From the NCBI GenBank assembly GCA_037147375.1, contig JBAWVI010000045.1, forward strand, positions 1-7,604: a stretch of DNA of 7,604 nt. Direction: 5' to 3'. The notes beneath the pieces were generated by a model. That model worked only from the letters and a program-made list of their open reading frames with translations, searched no databases and was not told the DNA's origin. The number at the start of each line of letters is the position of its first letter. Position 1 is the stretch's first letter. Of the stretch, positions 4,896-7,604 are shown in pieces. Position numbers and translations under genes: made by a program. The DNA comes from an archaeon (GTDB taxonomy: Archaea > Iainarchaeota > Iainarchaeia > Iainarchaeales > CSSED10-239).

Positions 4896-5690
4896 TTATT
4901 TTATTCTTTTAACTACAAGATATTCTCTTGGTAGGTTTTCTCCAATTAATATAACATTCATGCCTGGATTATTTTCTTTTTTAAAATTATGATACTTTGC
5001 TTCAAATCCCATTTTACTTAGTTTTTTTGTAAATGCATCTGCATATTCTTTTTTATGCTCAGAAAAAAATCCAAAGAAACCATAACCTCCTTTTTCAAGA
5101 GAATAAAGATGTTTTAATAGAATTTCTCTTTGCAAGTGTGGAGTTGAATGTGCAAAACCACCGAATACAGAAAATATAAAATCAAATTTTTCTTTAGGAA
5201 CGTATTTACTTACGTCTCCAACATAAACCTTGTCAATTTTTGCGCGTTTTAAATCCTTTTTATTTAATACAATTGCTGTAGTTTCAAGTTTAGGGTTTTT
5301 TGGATCCATTTTTCTAAATGTTTCCCACATTTCTTTTAAATCAGTTAAGAAAACCCCTCTTCCAGCACCATCATCTAGTACCTTCATAACTTTCTTTTTG
5401 TTTTTAATTGAATATTCTACCATTACTTGTAAAATTTCTTTATTTTCTAATCCATCTCCAAGCTTAAGATACTTAATCATATTATTATATTCTGGATATC
5501 CTCTATTCCTAGAATAAAGACGATTATCATTTTCCCCAATAAGCCATTCAGAGTAAACACAATTCTCAATTCTTGATTTTTTATGCATCTCAATAGTTGA
5601 GTCTTTAAGTTTTTTTTCAATTATTTTTTGTTGAACCTTTTCCATTCCAAACTTTTTTGGTTTTGGTCTTGGATTTAATATTCTTCCCAT
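4896..5690 (-). CDS. class I SAM-dependent methyltransferase of unknown specificity, with a basic ~95-aa N-terminal extension
   Basis: Motif I is VLDDGAGRGVF, with later Rossmann motifs FDFIFSVFGG and LEKGGYGFFGF. The N-terminus is basic (MGRILNPRPKPKKFG). GTGAT lies 8 nt before the ATG and overlaps the nop5 stop. The gene is wedged between nop5 (9-nt gap) and fibrillarin (1-13-nt gap). Confidence 0.75.
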   Translation of the reverse strand: MGRILNPRPKPKKFGMEKVQQKIIEKKLKDSTIEMHKKSRIENCVYSEWLIGENDNRLYSRNRGYPEYNNMIKYLKLGDGLENKEILQVMVEYSIKNKKKVMKVLDDGAGRGVFLTDLKEMWETFRKMDPKNPKLETTAIVLNKKDLKRAKIDKVYVGDVSKYVPKEKFDFIFSVFGGFAHSTPHLQREILLKHLYSLEKGGYGFFGFFSEHKKEYADAFTKKLSKMGFEAKYHNFKKENNPGMNVILIGENLPREYLVVKRIK

Positions 5691-5699
5691 AACTATTCA

Positions 5700-6470
5700 T
5701 CACTTCGTGTGCTTTATCTTATAATTTATTTTTTCAAGAAGTTCTTTTGATATATCTTTTCCACCAAGATCAGACTTAATCCCAATTGCAATCTTTGATG
5801 CAATTATTCTTGCAATCTTTCCTTTCTGTTTAGCTGGAAGGGAAATGATTAATGGATGATTAAAAAGAATTCCATACTTTGGAGTATTCTTGTTTTGTGC
5901 AAGTGCTTTAAAAAATGATTTTTCAGATCCAAGAAGTTGAATAGTTGATGCAGGAAATCTTGAAAGTCTTGCAATTCCACCAGAAATAATAAGCATCTTT
6001 GTTGCAATTGCGCTGCTTGCAACTTTTGTAAATGTAGGATAAGTTTCAATTAATAACTTTTCAATTTCTTTTGCAAGTACTTCTTTAATTTCAATTAAGT
6101 TAAGTATGTTGCTTGAAAGAGATTTAGTTAACTTCTTTTCCTTCTCAGAAAACTTAATTCCAACCTCTGAATCAATAATTGTAGTTATTTGTTTAATTCT
6201 TTTCTTATCAAGTCCAACCTTTTCAAGTGTTTTTTCATTTACTTCTTCAAGATTATAAACTAAACAATATTCTTTAATAGAAAGAATAGAATCAAGCATA
6301 GGATACTCTAAATCTGTAATAATTCTTAATGCTTCAAACAATTCATTTAAATTATTTGGAACCTTTTCAGAAAGTAAAGATAAAGCAATTATTCTTTGAT
6401 CAGGAGAAGTTAATTCCTTTCTAATTCCTTCTTTTGCGATCTTTAGCATCTCATTTTTATTAATTTTCAT
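5700..6470 (-). CDS. nop5: Nop5 (Nop56/58) C/D box sRNP core protein, short form (256 aa)
   Basis: The C-terminal Nop domain is clear: ATKMLIISGGIARLSRFPASTIQLLGSEKSFFKALAQNKNTPKYGILFNHPLI...KGKIARIIASKIAIGIKSD (compare the canonical AG.L..LA..PAST.Q.LGAEKALF...PKHG.I......RGK.AR.LA.K.A.A.R.D). The protein is about 140-150 aa shorter than typical ~400-aa archaeal Nop5. Confidence 0.85.
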   Translation of the reverse strand: MKINKNEMLKIAKEGIRKELTSPDQRIIALSLLSEKVPNNLNELFEALRIITDLEYPMLDSILSIKEYCLVYNLEEVNEKTLEKVGLDKKRIKQITTIIDSEVGIKFSEKEKKLTKSLSSNILNLIEIKEVLAKEIEKLLIETYPTFTKVASSAIATKMLIISGGIARLSRFPASTIQLLGSEKSFFKALAQNKNTPKYGILFNHPLIISLPAKQKGKIARIIASKIAIGIKSDLGGKDISKELLEKINYKIKHTK

Positions 6471-6592
6471 ATCTTATCAGCGTTAATCAAAATAATAAGT
6501 TTTTTTAATGTATTCAATATATATTTTATAGTATATTACCATTTATAAATAGTTTGAAGCTAAATAAATAAGTAAAAAAAATGTGATTTATA

Positions 6593-7225
6593 ATGAATAA
6601 AGATGATTTAATTTCAATAAGTATAGCCTTTGTATTAGGAATGATAGGAACTATTTTTGCATACTTTAATGCATCAAGTAATCCATTATTTGGGTTACCA
6701 ATAATTGCTTTATTAATAATAACTTTCCTTATATCTTTTACTCTTTTGTTTGTAATATTTAAGTATCTTGTATTTGGATTAATCTTAAAAAAGAAAGAAA
6801 TTATTCCATCAAGAGAAATTCCAAAAGCAACTTCAACTGTTAAGAATACTTTTGTTCCTGGAAGCAATGCTCCTCAAGCAAGAGAAGTACAAGCACCTAA
6901 AGTGCAATCTCCAACACCAGTAAAGGTACCTGAACCAGTTAAAGAAGAAGTTCACAAGGATGTATCTTTAATGGTTGAAAACATAACTGAACCACAAGTA
7001 GTTCCTGAAAAAAAGGATGTACTTGTTCTTGATAATACAATTGATCATGTTAAGAATGAAGAAAGAAATGTAAGAAGAGAAGAGATTGTTAAAGAATCAG
7101 TTGCAACAACTCTTGTTGATTTAAATCCAGAAGTATCTAAATCTAAAATTGAAGATAAGCCTAGTGATCCAGAAGCACCAAAATTTAGAAAACTAAGTAC
7201 TTTTGAAGATATAGATAAAAAATAA
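6593..7225 (+). CDS. membrane protein, two N-terminal TM helices and a Pro/Val/Lys/Glu-rich probably disordered tail (210 aa)
   Basis: Longest ORF at this locus. The hydrophobic segments are ISIAFVLGMIGTIFAYF and LPIIALLIITFLISFTLLFVIFKYLVFGLIL. The tail contains QAPKVQSPTPVKVPEPVKEEV. GTGAT lies 5 nt before the ATG. No family recognised. Confidence 0.65.
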   Translation: MNKDDLISISIAFVLGMIGTIFAYFNASSNPLFGLPIIALLIITFLISFTLLFVIFKYLVFGLILKKKEIIPSREIPKATSTVKNTFVPGSNAPQAREVQAPKVQSPTPVKVPEPVKEEVHKDVSLMVENITEPQVVPEKKDVLVLDNTIDHVKNEERNVRREEIVKESVATTLVDLNPEVSKSKIEDKPSDPEAPKFRKLSTFEDIDKK

Positions 7226-7235
7226 AATTAGAAAA

Positions 7236-7260
7236 AGATTAAATAAAATTTATTTAATCT
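7236..7260. terminator. perfect 25-nt palindrome (12-bp arms) between convergent genes, a candidate bidirectional terminator hairpin
   Basis: AGATTAAATAAA-A-TTTATTTAATCT, with arms that are exact reverse complements. It lies 11 nt after the stop of 6593..7225, overlaps the stop codon (7250-7252) and last codons of rpl35ae, and has T-runs on both strands around it. Confidence 0.45.
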
Positions 7261-7513
7261 CTATTTTTTCTCCAACCGCAGTTCCTGGAAGTAATCTTTC
7301 AAAAGAAACCTTAACTACTCCTTTATTACCGTGTGAGCCTGTTATCTTACCAGTTATTGTTTTTCCACTAATAGTTTTGTAAACTACTTTCTTACCGAAT
7401 AATGGAGCAACTGCTGCACTTGTATTGTATTTTGCATCATCAACCTTTATAAGAAATTGACTTGGATGTATTTTTGAGATTCCTCTTCTGTTATTATGTA
7501 TTGTTCCTATCAT
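7250..7513 (-). CDS. rpl35ae: 50S ribosomal protein L35Ae (eL33)
   Basis: An 87-aa protein with the archaeal L35Ae pattern: NNRRG near the N-terminus, LFGKKVVYKT.SGK.ITGKITGSHGNKGVVKVSFERLLPG.A.G..IEI. AAAGGTGAAAAT precedes the ATG (GGTGA, 4-nt spacer). Confidence 0.85.
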   Translation of the reverse strand: MIGTIHNNRRGISKIHPSQFLIKVDDAKYNTSAAVAPLFGKKVVYKTISGKTITGKITGSHGNKGVVKVSFERLLPGTAVGEKIEIK

Positions 7514-7604
7514 ATTTTCACCTTTAATTTAATATAAAAACATAAGCTTTTAGTTGTTTTTCTATATATAATATATATACAAATTCTTTTAAAAGGTAAT
7601 TGTT

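Noticed and set aside
5230-6049. ORFs 5230..5517 (+) and 5849..6049 (-) within the methyltransferase and nop5 genes
   Set aside because: One is an antisense shadow and the other an alternative frame of confidently called genes. Both translations are repetitive and low-complexity.
6526-6867. Minus-strand 113-aa ORF overlapping the start of 6593..7225
   Set aside because: The plus-strand ORF is longer, has a GTGAT SD-like motif and a coherent 2-TM plus tail architecture. The minus-strand ORF would also run through the nop5 divergent promoter region.

Overview
AT-rich (roughly 30% GC by eye) archaeal window, probably from a small-genome DPANN-type archaeon. No database search was possible, so all family calls come from motifs read in the translations. 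The right two thirds are housekeeping. They hold a tight minus-strand operon of Nop5 (Nop56/58), an extra class I SAM methyltransferase and fibrillarin, plus ribosomal protein eL33 (L35Ae), a membrane-anchored cyclophilin, a Cys-rich small protein and a membrane protein with a Pro/Glu/Lys/Val-rich tail. Most of these genes carry a GTGAT/GGTGA Shine-Dalgarno-like motif 4-8 nt before the ATG. The left part (1-3360) looks accessory. Its main feature is a 389-aa RelA/SpoT-homologue (small alarmone synthetase / toxSAS-like) with intact catalytic motifs and a ~150-aa uncharacterised C-terminal extension. It has no partner ORF and no host-type SD. It sits in a 1.38-kb segment bracketed by same-orientation copies of a 31-32-nt hairpin-forming repeat (859-923 and 2303-2353). 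Two of those hairpins are followed directly by ACCA, like a tRNA acceptor minihelix. The 5' region of the gene holds a GC-rich repeated motif (TATCTAATTGCGC / AATTGCGCGG). Other accessory items are a TehB-like methyltransferase, a zinc-ribbon micro-ORF coupled to a 2-TM protein, and a 37-codon hyper-acidic micro-ORF with a strong SD. No rRNA, tRNA, CRISPR array, transposase or integrase was recognised.
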